Of a stretch of DNA of 64,000 nucleotides, positions 49,262-62,999 are shown one piece after another. The notes under the pieces are model-generated. The model ran no database searches and was not told the origin of the DNA. It saw only the letters and a program-made list of their open reading frames with translations. Location of the stretch: assembly GCA_030704615.1 (NCBI GenBank), contig CM060733.1, positions 10,478,001-10,542,000 on the forward strand. The letters are read 5' to 3'. Source of the DNA: Takakia lepidozioides. Lineage: Eukaryota; Plantae; Bryophyta. The number at the start of each line of letters is the position of its first letter. Position 1 is the first letter of the stretch. Position numbers and translations under genes: made by a program.

Positions 49262-50800
49262 TCAAAATCCGTATCCACCCATCCTGGGTGCAGGCTTCTC
49301 GCCTGCCACATTTACTCTGAGCTGCCTTCCATCAAATTCCTGTTGCATCCACACATCCAGTAGTAAGTAATAAATCGGAATTGTTAGAACTATTCTGAGC
49401 CCATTAATTTTGATTACCGACATTGAAAAGTAGCAAATCGCAAGTCTGAGCCCCCTTGTGAGACAACACGCACAGAAAGAGTGAATCCACACATACTACT
49501 TCACAAAAACACAAAACCAGAACCCATGTGTACTTACTGATCCATCTAGAGTAGATATCGCCTCCTGCACTGAGTCACCGTGTTCAAATGTAACAAAGCC
49601 GAATCCACGGGATCTGCCAGTCTCACGGTCGTACACAACCCTAGCTTCTACAACTTTTCCGTAATCGCTGAACAGTGATTCAAGGCTCGCATCATCCACG
49701 CCCCACGATAGGTTGCCAACAAAAAGTTTGAAGTCATTGTTGTATGACCTTCCACCTCCACCACCATACCCACCTCCTCCACCACCGAACCCACTGTCAT
49801 TTTCCCGCTGTTCGGGTGGAGGTCTGTCCAGACCAAAGTCACCGAAGCCTGAAGAGCCAAAAGAACGGGGCTCTTTTGGTTGAGGGAAGTTCACCCTCAA
49901 ATTCCTTCCTCCAAAATCCTGTAAAAGGATATCAGACACTCTGCATGTCGGCTGAAAACTGGAGGAATATGACAAGCTGTGGACACAACTAGACGGCCAG
50001 TAGCAGCCCTAGCAATAACAACCTTCTATGTCCTTCACGGGAACCACCTAACCACGCAGGAAGCGAAAACATTTTGACAAATTGAGGTACTGATAGTAGT
50101 ACTCAAGCACACAGATGGAACAGCTTCGTCCCAGCCAATGCTGTTCAGAAGCTGCCATTCGAAGACTGCACTATGCTGGAGAGGAGAGAGGAGGACTTAC
50201 AGAGCCATCCAACTTGTCAATGGCCGTCAAAGCCTGATCGGGCGAAGCCATTGTCACAAATCCAAACCCCCGGCTTCTCCCTGTTTCCCTGTCATAGATA
50301 ACCTGTAATACACGAATAAATCCAATTGAAACTCAAAACATCAACGAACTGGGTAAGGCCAGAACACAAGACAAAAAAATCCCAGTACATCACGTCGGAA
50401 GGGGGCCTACCTCCACGAGCTCGACACTTCCATAGTCCTCGAAGGCCGCAGCTAGCTGTTGGCTGTCACAAGTGAACGGAAGATTTCCAACATAAAGCTT
50501 CGAACCCCCTTGAGTTTGGGGAGGCGGTGAGCTCCTGAAAGAGTCATCAGACGAATAACTGTCTCCATCTAAATCTAAGGCCCGGGGGGCTGCGGGGACA
50601 TTCCTCCCACACCTCCTTCCAGACTGAGACAAACCCAACGAACCTCTGGAGATATGGCCTTCTTCCCATAAGAAGCTGCTTCCAGCTGGCATTGTCAAGG
50701 CCACAGCCCGAACTGGCTTTATCAGACAGATTTCTGCGCGGGCTGAGACCGCAACAAACGACCTGCTCGTCGCAGCAATGGAGATACATGAGGCCACCAT
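49262..50800 (-). CDS. Chloroplast ribonucleoprotein (cpRNP, CP29/CP31-like) with two RRMs; exons 50800-50411, 50302-50201, 49918-49538, 49339-49262; about 316 aa
   Basis: Transit-peptide-like N-terminus; KLYVGNL and KLFVGNLSW (RNP2); RSRGFGFV (RNP1) twice; Gly-rich linker. Confidence 0.92.
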
Positions 50801-51217
50801 TGTCCCAAGCTTTTGCTAACTCTGCAAATCTCCAATCTCCCTCTCCACCACAAGACCCTGGCGCCCTGCGCCCACCCTGCAAGAGAGAAGAAGAAGAGGC
50901 TACAGTGCCCCCAGAGCAACAGTGGATGCAACATCTTGCAATATTAGCCGTTGGATTAAACAGATTCTTCTAAATATATACTCCTAGCGAACGAAGGAAT
51001 TTGACAGAAAAACAAAGCAGTGACTGCCTTCAAGTTGATAGTGCTGCAATGATAGCTTTATAAAAGGACCCATCATAGTAGGGTGACTGTACAACTGGGT
51101 AAAACTGTCCCCAAGAGGAGAAACAAAATCTCATAGAGCTGGATAGGTAAATTGACCAAAAAACATCAAACTATTTTAGAATCACTGAAGAAGGTCAGAC
51201 AAAGGTCAGGAAAGGGG

Positions 51218-51600
51218 TCAGGAAAGACGATGGGTCAAAGTGGAGGGAGGCATGAAACCGCCCCGGCTACCTCTAATAGATAGAGCTTGAGCCTTTTGTA
51301 AAGCAACAGAAACTCCTTGTCTAAAGAAAGCTACAAGACCATAGCCTACGTTTGGGCTTCCAACGCTATTGTTTTCCGCAGTGCGAAGGAAGTCATTGAA
51401 CTGATGATGCAAACAACCTAAAGATCTCGAAAAAGGGAGGAATGTGTTTGTGGGAGTGACGTTCCCGACATTCGCGCTCCTTTCCTGTGCAACTAGAGAC
51501 AGCAACTCTTTGTAATGAGGTTGTGCGTGGAAGGAGATCTGACCTAGTAGGATCAGCATTGACAACGTCCGCCAATGTACTCAGCCTGTCTCGTCGTGAG
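51218..51600 (-). mobile_element. Non-LTR retrotransposon remnant, restriction-like endonuclease C-terminus (CRE-like)
   Basis: DVVNADPTR, TFLPF...GCLH..FNDFL, FRQGVSVALQKAQALSI resemble the RLE domain end; frameshifted. Confidence 0.5.
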
Positions 51601-52086
51601 AGAGGACAATGTCAACAATGTCAACCTACCGTGTGGCATTGCTACACAAACTAGGGGCAAGTGACTCTCTCTCAAATTTCAACCCTAGAGCATCTCAATG
51701 TCCACTTCTAGAATCTCATAGCTGAATCCATGAAAGTTATGCCTTAGAATCCAGTACAAGTTGTGTGGACAAACAATCTGAGAAGTCTTACATTTCTCTG
51801 AGAGGGCATTCTTGAGAAAATGTATCAAATATGAGAAATTTATGAGGGACAAAAACACACTCACAAACCTATTCAAAACTTACAAGGCAAGGGGAAAAAT
51901 ATTACCTATTTTGAAAGGTAGAAATATTGTGTAGTAAAGGCACAATGTTGTTTGATTGTCAGCCCAAGCAATTTTTACACTGTAACTTGATGTCAGGCGA
52001 TCTCCTAACGGTACTCTGTGATTGAGAACAAACACTTGGACCACCCTCTGAGATCCAACTGAATACAGTGAAGGCATGGACAAGTC

Positions 52087-55000
52087 TCATCGCAGCGTCT
52101 CCAACACAATAGGCATGCCAAATCTTGGCTGCGAAGTTAGTGTTATATCAGGGCTATGGCAGTAGATTGGACTTAGCTTCCAAGAGAACATGGGCAGCAT
52201 TACAGCAAGAATTACTCTACTTTCAGTCAGAGCTAAAGTTTGGCCAATACAAGTTCTGGGTCCAGCTCCAAATGGGATGAATGCTGAAGGGTTTCCACAA
52301 GCCCCACTAATTCCATTTGCAAATCTAGCAGGCCAGAATTCATCTGCATTGTCTCCCCATACCTGTCTATCCCGGTGAACAGCTGCTACAGGTATCATTA
52401 CATCTACCCCATTTGGGATCGTAGTCGGCCCTACTACATTCTCTTTCAGACATGTTCGGCCTATGAGAGGTGCTGGAGGGAACAGCCGCATTGATTCATT
52501 AAGTATCATAGAGATTGTTTTCAAGTTATTTAGGGTCTTCCATTCCAGACCCTCTTGGCAAAATTCCTCCACTTCAGAGCGCGCTCTCTCTTGCCAAAGT
52601 GGGTGCTTAGCCAAGAGATAGATAGTCCAAGTAAGTAGGCTAGCTGTAGTCTCATGCCCAGCAAGAAGAAATGTGAGAGAGTTGTCCATCAATTGGCCTT
52701 TGGTCAGTCCCTTCAAGGCATTTGTCACTTTGCCCTTTGTCTCTTGTGCCAACTGACTTGACCCCTCATTTTGGCCATCGTGCACTCCCCTTGCAACAGG
52801 GGTCCTGTGCTTTGATCTACTGGTCACTTTCTCAATTGGCACTTCTGAATTTGCACCATGAGCTGCAGAAATCATCAGGTCTAATAGATCTTCTGAATAG
52901 GGAGATGCTTCATCATTGAGTCGGATCCACTTAAGCGATTCCTGTCGGTTGCTAATAATGTGGCCTGTAAAGCTTGATAACCAATGTTTGTCCTGAGAGA
53001 TCTCTTTGTTGATTCTTGTCGGAAAATATCTGTGTCCACCGACACTTGCTCCTAGTCAGCTGGTATGGAATATACCTCATTTACTTTTTCTAATGAAAAT
53101 CCTTGGTGACTATATTGGAACTGACGACACTTTTTGAGGCTATGGATCAGAACTCTCTCTGCGCAATGTAGTGAGCACTGCCCAATTCAGCCAGAAACCC
53201 CAAGCCACCGAGTATTGGTTTAGCACACATTGAAATCCCTTAAACCATGCTATTCTCTTAAAGCATGATGTTGAGAGCAGCACTACGTGTCTAGAGTACA
53301 AACAACCAGATGAAAGCTTGCTATCAAACAGATGTGGATTGACAACTTGAGTTAATGTCCCCACCTTGGAGGTCAGTTGTGCACTCACAGTGAGACACAA
53401 AATCACAGGTAACAGATTTGCACTTGCTCTTGTTGCACCTAAAGGGTAATCGACCAATATCAAAATATTCACCTCTCATTCTACAGGAAGGTTTGAAGGA
53501 ACATACTGGTATCCTGGAATAGCAGCTGCTGGTCCAAAGACAAGTTCTCTGCAATTGTGGAGATAGCGGTCAAAACCTCCAATGACTTTAGCAGCTGACC
53601 TAGAAGCCCCACCAATTTCTGCTCCAAAGACAGTCCTTCCAATGACATCCAGGGTCAATTCCAGGAAAAGCTGATACATGTCAAGTTCCTTGGACGCAGC
53701 ACTGACCTCCACAGCCCACCTCTCTGTAGCTGCGATGGCACATTCGATAATTACTGGCAGCTTCCTCTGTTGTGAATACCAGGTGAAACGCAGATCAATG
53801 AATCAGAAACCCTCAGTAGTTTGCAGAGCTGGAATCGTCATTCAGCACTGATATGATGGTCACTATCAGCGCATACATCAATACTTTAATCTGCCTCATG
53901 GAAAGTCACCTGAGAACGTGATCTTTCTGTCTCCACCTACCTCCCCCAGACCTCCATATTTGAGAAGTCAAACTCAAACCATTTGAAGCTCAAATGCACA
54001 CCTATTTTGCCACCACAAGAGCTGGATCTGGACACACCTTGATTTCCTTAGTGTGAAAGGGAGGGTGAAAAAGCTGTCGTTGAGGTGCCCATGTGTCGCC
54101 GCTTGAAGCAAATAGCCCATCTCCAAGAATTCCTAGTATTCGTACATGCAATGGTTTTCCATAGCAGTCTGCGTTGGACTGAAGAATGTCCTTGATAAGT
54201 AGTGGATCACTGATGCTCAACCTAACGGTTTTACCAACGGAAAAGTAGAATATCTTTCCATGCTTTTCGTTAAGTTTCCAGAGACCTGATATTGCTTGCT
54301 CTCCATCCTGCTCCCCTTCAAACCTTCCTTTCAGTACCTGCTCAATGTGTTCAGAGCAGGTAAGTTACTGTGCTTATACATGCTGCAGGTGTGAAGCAAA
54401 TTGATAATTCATTTCAGATCAACTTAGTATGGTGGCTACTTTATTTTAAGTGCTCTCCTTCTCTCCTAGTGCCCCACCTCAAATAAAAACAAACTCTCTC
54501 TCTCTCTCTCTTCAAAATCTGTCCAAAGTCAGTGGGAGTGAGGTAAGGATTAGTAAAACCTTTCAAAATGCTGCTCAAAATTGCAAGCTGAGTACAAATT
54601 GGCTCAGCAATTCACTGCCTTGATGAGCAGTAGTAGACATCAGAAGCCCACGATTTGGGCTGAAGTTCCAAGTATGTGCCTACCTCTATTGAACGGAAAC
54701 AAGCTGACTCGTTGGGTCTGCAGACATAACGTTGAGGATAAAAGCATCCTAAGATTTACAATTGTAAACGAGAGGCAATCTCAGAGCATCAAAAAGACTA
54801 TTACTGAACCTCGTTTCAGTCAGTTCAAAGGCTCAAATCAATGCCACATGGTGCTGTAGGCTACATGTATCTGGATTTAGAAAGGATTGAGGAGTATGAC
54901 CGAGTGTTTTCTTGGGAAAATCAGGATTCCAGCTTCATTTTCCCTGCCAAGTCCTACCGGGGGAGCGAACTTTCTTGATGGTAGGGCACCCATTCCCGTT

Positions 55001-55260
55001 CCCGGGTCCAACCAGGGAGTGTCCATAGCCACTATGCTACAGCAAGCAACTTCAAAGACATACCCCTCTGTCTGTGCTACCACAATGTCATGACTTTGGG
55101 GAAGTCACATTTGCATTTGAGACCAGCTAAGGCGAGGCTCAAATGGGACATCCTTAGTTGTGTGAGAGCTATGGCAGTTCCATAAATCAGAGAGGGGTGG
55201 ATCTCCAGTTGGGTCAATTGGAGCAAAGCTTCAGAATCAGTGCAGTGGCAACTCTCTCTG

Positions 55261-55329
<69 letters not shown>

Positions 55330-55621
55330 ATATCTTTCAAATAAACATTCAAATATGATATGTAAACAATTTCATGAGAGTTATCAGATACTGTCGTATG
55401 GGCAACAATTACCTTGTCTACGAAGCCTCAGATAAGAAAAAGCATACCTTGTCGATTGCCTGCATCTGCCCCACAAAGGGGATGAAGGAAAATCCATGGA
55501 TACCCTGCTCCTGGAACCTTTGAATTAGCCTCATGGGCTTCCAAATCCAGTCAACAGCAATTATGCCCACTCCCATTGCAAGGCCGATGGCCGCCAACCA
55601 TATCAACCAGGTGACCACCAT
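52087..55621 (-). CDS. Cytochrome P450, CYP72 clan (exons 55621-55448, 54337-54038, 53766-53507, 53029-52087; about 558 aa)
   Basis: N-terminal anchor; TFLLAGHETT (I-helix), WQERAR, ESMRLFPP (ExxR), FWPARF, PFGAGPRTCIG heme motif; consistent splice phases. Confidence 0.93.
55262..55326. repeat. (CT)n/(GA)n microsatellite in CYP intron 1
   Basis: About 32 CT dinucleotides. Confidence 0.95.
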
Positions 55622-56879
55622 CTTAAGTGAACTATGTGGCTCTAGTCCCGGGGATCACTTCTCAGATGAGATCTTGAAACACCTTCAGGAGCCAGGTAGG
55701 CGATCGCATTGCGAGAAAGTGAAGCCTTGTATGGGCTGTGGCCAGGTTCGGCAACGTGAACCTCCCTTCTCCTTTGTGTGTTAGTGTGAGTGTTCTTGCG
55801 GCCATGCCCCTCAAAACAATGAGTTCAGACTTGAGGCTGAGTAATAGCTTCGTCAGTGCTCAGATAAAGCGTGCATTCTGAATAGGGTTTTGCGACTCCG
55901 CTCCCGCTCAGCACAGAGTGCGTGTCTTGCTGTAGTACCGAGCAATGAAACTCACACAAGAAAAGTAAATTGATCCTTCACGTCCACAGTCCACAGAGAG
56001 CTTACATAGGACAAATCAAAATCAGAATACAAGAAGAAAGAGAGGCCCCCAATGAGCCCAAAAATTACAAATCAACAAATGAATTCCAGATTCCAGATAT
56101 GCAGGCAGGCATTTCGAGTCCTCGTAGTAAAAGACTCTTGAAAGGGCTTGAACGGGATTCCGTGACCTGCGCACAAGCCCGGCAGTGAGCTCTGGATTGT
56201 GACTAGCTGATCCAACTCCAAGTTTGCTTTTCAGACAGGATTGTGTGACTAGGAGCACTACGTGTGCTCTCATGTTTGGTCATTCTCCCTTCTGCGTGGA
56301 TGTGAAAGCTTGCAACACTTGGCGGGGCGACGGTATCCATTGCCACAGAATTGTCGCGGTGGTCAAGTGTGAATGCATGCAGATAGACACTGGTTCATAT
56401 TCTCTAGAGTGGTAGAGGCTGTCAAAGTTGGTTACATTCAAACTCATTTTCACCCCGATAGAGTTTGAGTTTAGAACGAATAAGTTTGGCATGTAGCTTT
56501 CACCACAGCAAATCACAAGTGGATTTCTACGAAAAGGAGGGCCAAGTGGTGAAGGTAGTCTAATTGAAAGTTGATACATATAGAAGTGGTGAAGCAAAAG
56601 ACAAAAGACGCTCTAGTGTTGGCACTTAGCACCCGGGGGTGGGCCCTATAAAGATGTCACCTTGGGTGACATCCAATAACATACAACCCAGGGAGGAAGC
56701 CCAAGTGGTAGCGGGTTCAAAGCCACCTGCTCTGGATTTCTCATGGCTACCTGGCTATGGCCTAGTGCGCTCTTTGGTCCTTCAGTCTGCCCCGTGTGTT
56801 TCTGTGTTGATCTTGTGGGGGCTCGTCCCTCACCCATGTTGCACCTCATGGCCTCTAGGGGCTTACTTTTTCGACTTTC

Positions 56880-57530
56880 ATTAGGCTCAAAACAGCAGGT
56901 TTCAAGCACTCGTAGTATGCTCGAGTGTGCAGTTTTTTTGAGCGCAATGGACTCTCTATTGCTTCGCTATTGCCACAAAATCAGAAAGGGGTGGAAATCA
57001 CATCCAAACAGGATCGCAACAGACTCATCAGAAGAGAACTTATACCTGAGAACTTGGAAGCTACCCCATCTCACAACAAAACTCCATTTCTATAAGAGAC
57101 ATTCTTGGATCTCAGTGCTGATAGAATCTTCACTCCCACACACAACGGATAGAGACTGGCAGATGTGAAAACCTGCAACGGTGGACCGCCTATGCCCAGC
57201 TGGCACCGGGCGCAACCAGGAAATTGAAACTGAAGAACACTTCTTCTCTTATTGCCCGCTGCATTATGAGATCCGTGGGAGATTCCACTGTCTATTCCGT
57301 GGGACTCAATCTCTCACAGAAGTCTTCCATTCTGAGGATCAGAAATGTTTGGCAGCTTACCTGCACGAGGCCTTCACCCTCAGACACTCCCTTGAGCCGT
57401 AGTTGCGTTTGGGCTGCTTTTTGGCTTTGGTTTTGTCTCCTCTCTCTTGTTTTTTTTTCCCATTTTGTCCCATAAGCTCTTTGAGCTTTTGGCGGACGTT
57501 ATAAAGTACCATTCCATTTCATTTCATTAG
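56880..57530 (+). mobile_element. 5'-truncated LINE 3' end with C-terminal Cys/His motif and CATTT-type microsatellite tail
   Basis: RLC..., ETEEHFFSYCPLHYEIRGRFHCLF; tail CATTCCATTTCATTTCATT near 57510-57528; 5' boundary approximate. Confidence 0.6.
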
Positions 57531-58480
57531 TGAAAAGTATGAACTAGAAAAACAAATTTGAAAATATGGAGAGAGATGCTGAGGGGAACTAGAAGCCCCT
57601 CTTGCGTGACAGTTCGCATGAAATCTACTTTCATAGTATATCTATAATCTGCTTCCGACATCTGCAAGACTACAGATATTCACCGGGCTGCCTGGATTGT
57701 CAAAGAAGGAGAAGAAGGGCCAATGACATGAGCCAAAACCAACACAGGGAGCACTACAAATTATAGTTCAGTCATTCTCACAGGGTAGATTCATTCTAGT
57801 ATCTACTGAACGTTAGATTGTTTGCTTCCTGCTATATCCACAATTTAAAAATCCAACCTATCGCAGCATCACTCATCATGCGAACCATTCAAAAGGTTTG
57901 CTCAGTAAACATTTCAGTTAAAAGGCTGGTAGCAAACATTGCGTTCCTGCAAAATCTTCTGATAAAGCTCACGTTTATTCCTGTCTTGATTTGTAAACAA
58001 TAATCTTGAACAATCGCTTAGTGCAGAGAAGTTTCTTGTGAAGATTGGGCTCTGTAAATTCTGCCCACTTTGCTAAAGCTAACCCCACAAGTAGATGGCT
58101 TGCAGCTGAAGTTGATGCAGATCGACAATCCGTTCTTAAAGGTTTTGAAGTAAGAATTCCCAGCTGGAGGATTTGTCAGAAAGTTGGTTGTTGGCTGACC
58201 ACCAGAGTACTCGAATCAGCAATTCAAGGAACACATACGTTTTTCTCCAGGCCTTCGCAAAAGAGCCTACCATGGCACACTATTGAGAATTGCGGATCAC
58301 CAACCACGTTTTCATGGGCGGGAAAGAAGGCACTGGCTACTGCAGTGAAGATGCATACTCTCAAGGAACTGGGAGGTGTGCAGGCTCCAATATGCAGTTT
58401 CAAGACTGTAATTTTAGATAATTGTGCTTGAGCTTGGGATACGTTCAAAGCTGCTTTATCGATAACATCCTCTGCTGGGC

Positions 58481-59365
58481 TTAGGTGAACGCACTAGCGT
58501 TGTCTGCCAAGAATTGCTCCAGTGAAATTCCCTTGCGTCCGAGCACCCGCTCTAGCGCTGGATCCACGACACTCCTTAGGTTCTCGCGCTTAGACCTGTC
58601 CAGATCCACCAAAGCAGCGGGAAATGCAGACCGATCACTGGTACTATATTTCTGTTTGAGGATTTCCAAGTGCTCCTCGGGTGTCACGTTGATATGCGTG
58701 ACCTGTTTGCCTAGCACCTTGCTGAGCTTGTCCGCCAATTGTCTCTCCGTCACCGCCTCTGTTGTTAGAGTGTAGAGTTGGCCAGCGTGCTTGACAGGGT
58801 CAGCCAGGACAGCGACAACGACAGCAGCAACATCACTCACAGCGACGCTGGTGTACAGACCATCTCCGGCACTGGTTATGAACACTCCATCCTTCTTGAT
58901 AGATGCCGCATGATACGTGATGACATTCGTGTGGAAGTAGGTAGGTCGCAGGATGGTAAAGGGTACACCACTCTTGATGAGCAACTGCTCGTAGCGGTAG
59001 TGCTGATGCACGGTGTTGCCGATCTCGGCATCGATAGCCGAGAGGTATACTAGGTGTTTGACGCCTGCTACCTTGGCTGCATTCAGGAAGTTGTCCAACA
59101 GCACGGCTTCACCGCCCCCGACCACGCTGGGCAGCACGATGAAGGCAGCGTATACACCACTGAAAGCCGCAATGGCTGTGGAGAGAGTGTCATCTAGTAG
59201 CACAGCTTCATGAGCCCCTTTGGCAGAGAGTGCAGAGAGCTTGGTAGCATCTCGAGAACCCACCCGGACGATGTAGCTTCCTGTAGGCAGCAGCTGCTTG
59301 GCCACCTCAGAGCCAGTTTTGCTGGTACCGCTAGTGATCAGAATGACGGGCTTCTCAGCAGCCAT
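58481..59365 (-). CDS. NmrA-like / atypical SDR NAD(P)H-binding oxidoreductase, intronless, 294 aa
   Basis: Rossmann start ILITSGTSKTGSEV, AAKVAGVKHLVYLS, SGVPFTILRPTYF, VAVSDVAAV, GQLYTLT, LERVLGRK. Confidence 0.88.
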   Translation of the reverse strand: MAAEKPVILITSGTSKTGSEVAKQLLPTGSYIVRVGSRDATKLSALSAKGAHEAVLLDDTLSTAIAAFSGVYAAFIVLPSVVGGGEAVLLDNFLNAAKVAGVKHLVYLSAIDAEIGNTVHQHYRYEQLLIKSGVPFTILRPTYFHTNVITYHAASIKKDGVFITSAGDGLYTSVAVSDVAAVVVAVLADPVKHAGQLYTLTTEAVTERQLADKLSKVLGKQVTHINVTPEEHLEILKQKYSTSDRSAFPAALVDLDRSKRENLRSVVDPALERVLGRKGISLEQFLADNASAFT

Positions 59366-59669
59366 GATACTGTATACAAGCAGTACTTAACCCCTGCAGC
59401 CTTGTGGACTAAAAACTCTTGGAGGTGTGTTGATGGAGTAGGGCGGAGGGCAGCTCTAGACCAAAGGAAGATTCAACTGTATCAACAGCTTCGGATACTG
59501 ATTTGTATGCCTGGCTGTTGGTGTAAGTCTACTTGAAAGATGCAGACACCATTCCAGCACCCACTTTTATAACGTCCATCTGAAACTTCAAGTGGCTCGT
59601 GGGGGGAAGAAAGAGAGAGAGGAAACTGTTCATGTTGTTTTCCACCATGGAAGCTGCGTTGGAGCCTTC

Positions 59670-62600
59670 CTAGTGCTGGTGTTTTTTATCCACCATCGAA
59701 GCCCCCATTGAAGCTGCCTTGCTAAACTGGCAGGTGTCAACTTCATTCAACTTAACCCGCTCCCATCTGCAAAGTTTTGGTGATTGCTCAACGCCAGGGC
59801 CCACACAATTTCCAGTAAGTAATCTACAAACTGAATTGGGTAAGCCAGGTGAAAATGATTCCTCAAGCTCAATCCATATGATGGTGAGGGTAGCATAAAG
59901 ACCAAATGGGAGACCTAAGCTTTCTAATACAGGTTCTTCTAGTAGGTGGACAGGGGGCAGATCAGGTGAAATAATCCAGAGCACATGGTTTTCCAACTAC
60001 ACTTGGATATGATCATTCCCATGGTCTAGGAAATCACAGCAGCACCTACTGGATGCCTCTTTGAGTTTGAGGTGCACAGTTCTCATTAGAGATCCTTAGG
60101 ATTGACAATATACCTCCTCCAGTTGGACTGCTGTAGCAATGTGATGGGCGTTAAAATGAGATCCTTCATAAAAGCATCAACCCAGCTGTGACTGCACCCC
60201 TTCTTGACAACAGAGAAAGGGTCGCTCTCAGTAGTTGCAGCACGTGCTGCTAGATTGTAACACGAGTGCTTGATATATGCATTCAAAATCATGACATGAC
60301 CAGCCGACACATCCAATGACAAGGACTGATCACCCCTTTAAGTGCAGATATTACTGAAATCTGTTTCTACGGAGGAATTCTACATGTCAGAATTTTCTTG
60401 GATAACAGTCCCTTCACATGTAGGCTGTGCCATTCAGATGAAAAAACAAACTGGAGGCCCAGAATCTAATCCAACTTGGAGAATCCACCACCCTTGGTGA
60501 AGGATGTCAGTTGTTTCAATAGTGGAAGTACTCGTGATACGAGCTCCGCAATTTTTTCCACGCTTCTGTGTTGCCCTCCATGTTTGTCATACACACTGAC
60601 ACTTGCTGGTTCTGTGCCATGCAGTACATCACTTGCCATCAACGTGCGAAGAGCCTTATGACATGTTGAGAGGCTGCTGTCCAAGGAGCTGCCTTGCTCC
60701 CAGAGTTTGAAAGAAGAGCCAGGGCATAGAGAACAGGCTCTTGCGAGTTGTTGCAGAACTTGTAACAACCTCTTAGATCCACCAAAAAAAACCATTGCCA
60801 CTGGTCAACAATGCCAGCTTTGCACTGCATCAGTTCACAGGATGAACTTTGGGCAAGGAAATATACTGTAGTGAGGCAAAAAGAATTCATATGCAAAGCA
60901 AAAGTATGTACGTGAATAGTACCACGGATCAACTGCAGGAGAAACAAATTAGGTGGAAGCCAACAAACTATGTATGCAAACTGAGGGCAAGATTATCATC
61001 CATTAAGGCCACCTGCTACAAGAAGCCTAACATACCCAGGGCAACAAAACTTCATATGAAGCAGCATACACACCATGAACACCACTGGGTTGCTGGTCAC
61101 TGCATTGGATTCCACTAGCTGGGAGATGTTGTTTAGCTCATCAACCAGCAAGTCCTCTGCTTGATCAAAGGGTTCTGAGAGAGTTGATTTCTGTCCACGG
61201 AACCCTGTGCGCAACAACAACGGCCACACCATCCCGTGTGCTCTTGTCCAACCATCCTCCAAAAACACCGGGTCCACTATCACAGCTTTGAAGGCTGGCA
61301 CTGCCCCCAAATATTGTGCTACTGCTGCAGAACGTGCCTGTACCCCAGTAGGCAGATATCCCGAAGAAAAATGATAACTTGCTAAATAACTTCTTCAATG
61401 ACATTAATCCAGGCATGTACATGTACAAAGAAGACACTTGCCTACACAATCTATAAGGTGAAGTAAGCAACCCCTTTCGTTTGTCACCAATAGCAAAATT
61501 ATCTGCATTTCAGGTCTCCAAATCATCCATTGTTTAACGACTCATCTGCAAGGAGGGACTCACCTCCTAACATAAAGGGGGTGTCTTACCATAGCTATCA
61601 ATAGAAAAGTCCGAAGCTTTTCCACCTCTGGTTTCTTTCCTGCTTTCAGAAAAAGCTGCAGCGTAGCCCTGAGAATCCCTGTCTGCAAGCAACGACTCAA
61701 GTCTTCAAAAGTAGAACAGCTGCCTGCAAAACCACTGGATATACTTGATTCCCTCATACACCAATGGAAAGGTCCCTCAAGACTTAACAAGACACCACAT
61801 GCCTGACCTACACATATGCACAAAGACAAGGAAACACAACAAAAACCCAGACGTGTGCAGGATTTCAAGTTCCCCAGCCTCAGAAAAGGCTTTGCAAACT
61901 GCATCCAGTAGCAATACTTTCAGCCTTTTGCAGGGTAAAGACCACCTCAGGAGGAGGTAACTAATGATGGATGAATAATCCCAAATACTATAGCCTCTAA
62001 GCCTCTACTACACACTGGCATTTTAACCCCAGGGCAACTTATATTTGTCAGATTCTTCCTTACTCCAAAGTTCATGCTGGATCAAATACCCTTCTTCCCT
62101 TCCTCTCTCCAGTTAGATAACCAAGGTCATACCTGAACAAGAGTTGAACCCACATCAGCATTCCCAGGCGCATGCGTAACAAAAAAACATAAGCCTTGCA
62201 AGGCCATGTCCAACTGTTCTGCCCACTCTGCAAATACATGACCGACTCATGACTGCGACAGCATAACAGACTGCGTGCATGCCTAGATATCGGATTATCA
62301 GACAAGCACCAAGCACTTTTGGAACCTAAAGCTCTGAGGTTGTATTCTCCTGAATCTCCTGAGAAAGCACAGCTATCTGTCCATGGATGACAATCAGACT
62401 GACTAGTCAGATGGTCAAAAGATACGCACCACTGGTTGCAGAGCTACCCAGCAGGCCCACTAGCTGCTGCTCATGAAAAGGTAAAGTCGTGGAGAGGGTT
62501 TGCCAAAGAGCACGAATGTGGCTAACAGGGTACCCAGCATTGCAGCTAAGTGTTGCTAGCACTCTCAAACCCAATTGTTCCCAGGCCCTTTTGCCAGGTC

Positions 62601-62990
62601 TGATAACGTCTCCACCATCTACATTGGTTGCCATGGCCAGAATTGGCGTCACAACCTGCCCAATTTCAACACTGCTGCACAGGCAGGATCCCAATCAGTC
62701 CCTTGCAAACACTTGTAATGTGAGTTGTTCGAGGAGCATAATGCTTATACGGGGCTTCAAACATCCAACAGAAAGAAGGTGGGCATGGAGGGGACAAATA
62801 ACCTGGTTGAGAAATCTGCACGGGAGATAACATGGTCACAAAGGATTCCAGTATAAAGTCTGGCTATGGGTATGACATCAACATCCGTCTTCTTTTCCAA
62901 AATCCTCAAACTCTTGAGTGCCTGTTCCCAAATCCATCCAACAGAGGCAGCAGCTGACACATAAGGCAGACAAAAACAACAACAAGAATT
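59670..62990 (-). pseudogene. Degraded, frameshifted gene of uncertain identity (tentatively MMS22L-like helical repeat protein)
   Basis: Successive Leu/Trp-rich protein-like segments in shifting frames (e.g. GYPVSHIRALWQTL, LLRMRLGML); resemblance to MMS22L judged from memory only. Confidence 0.3.
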
Positions 62991-62999
62991 GTGCCATTC

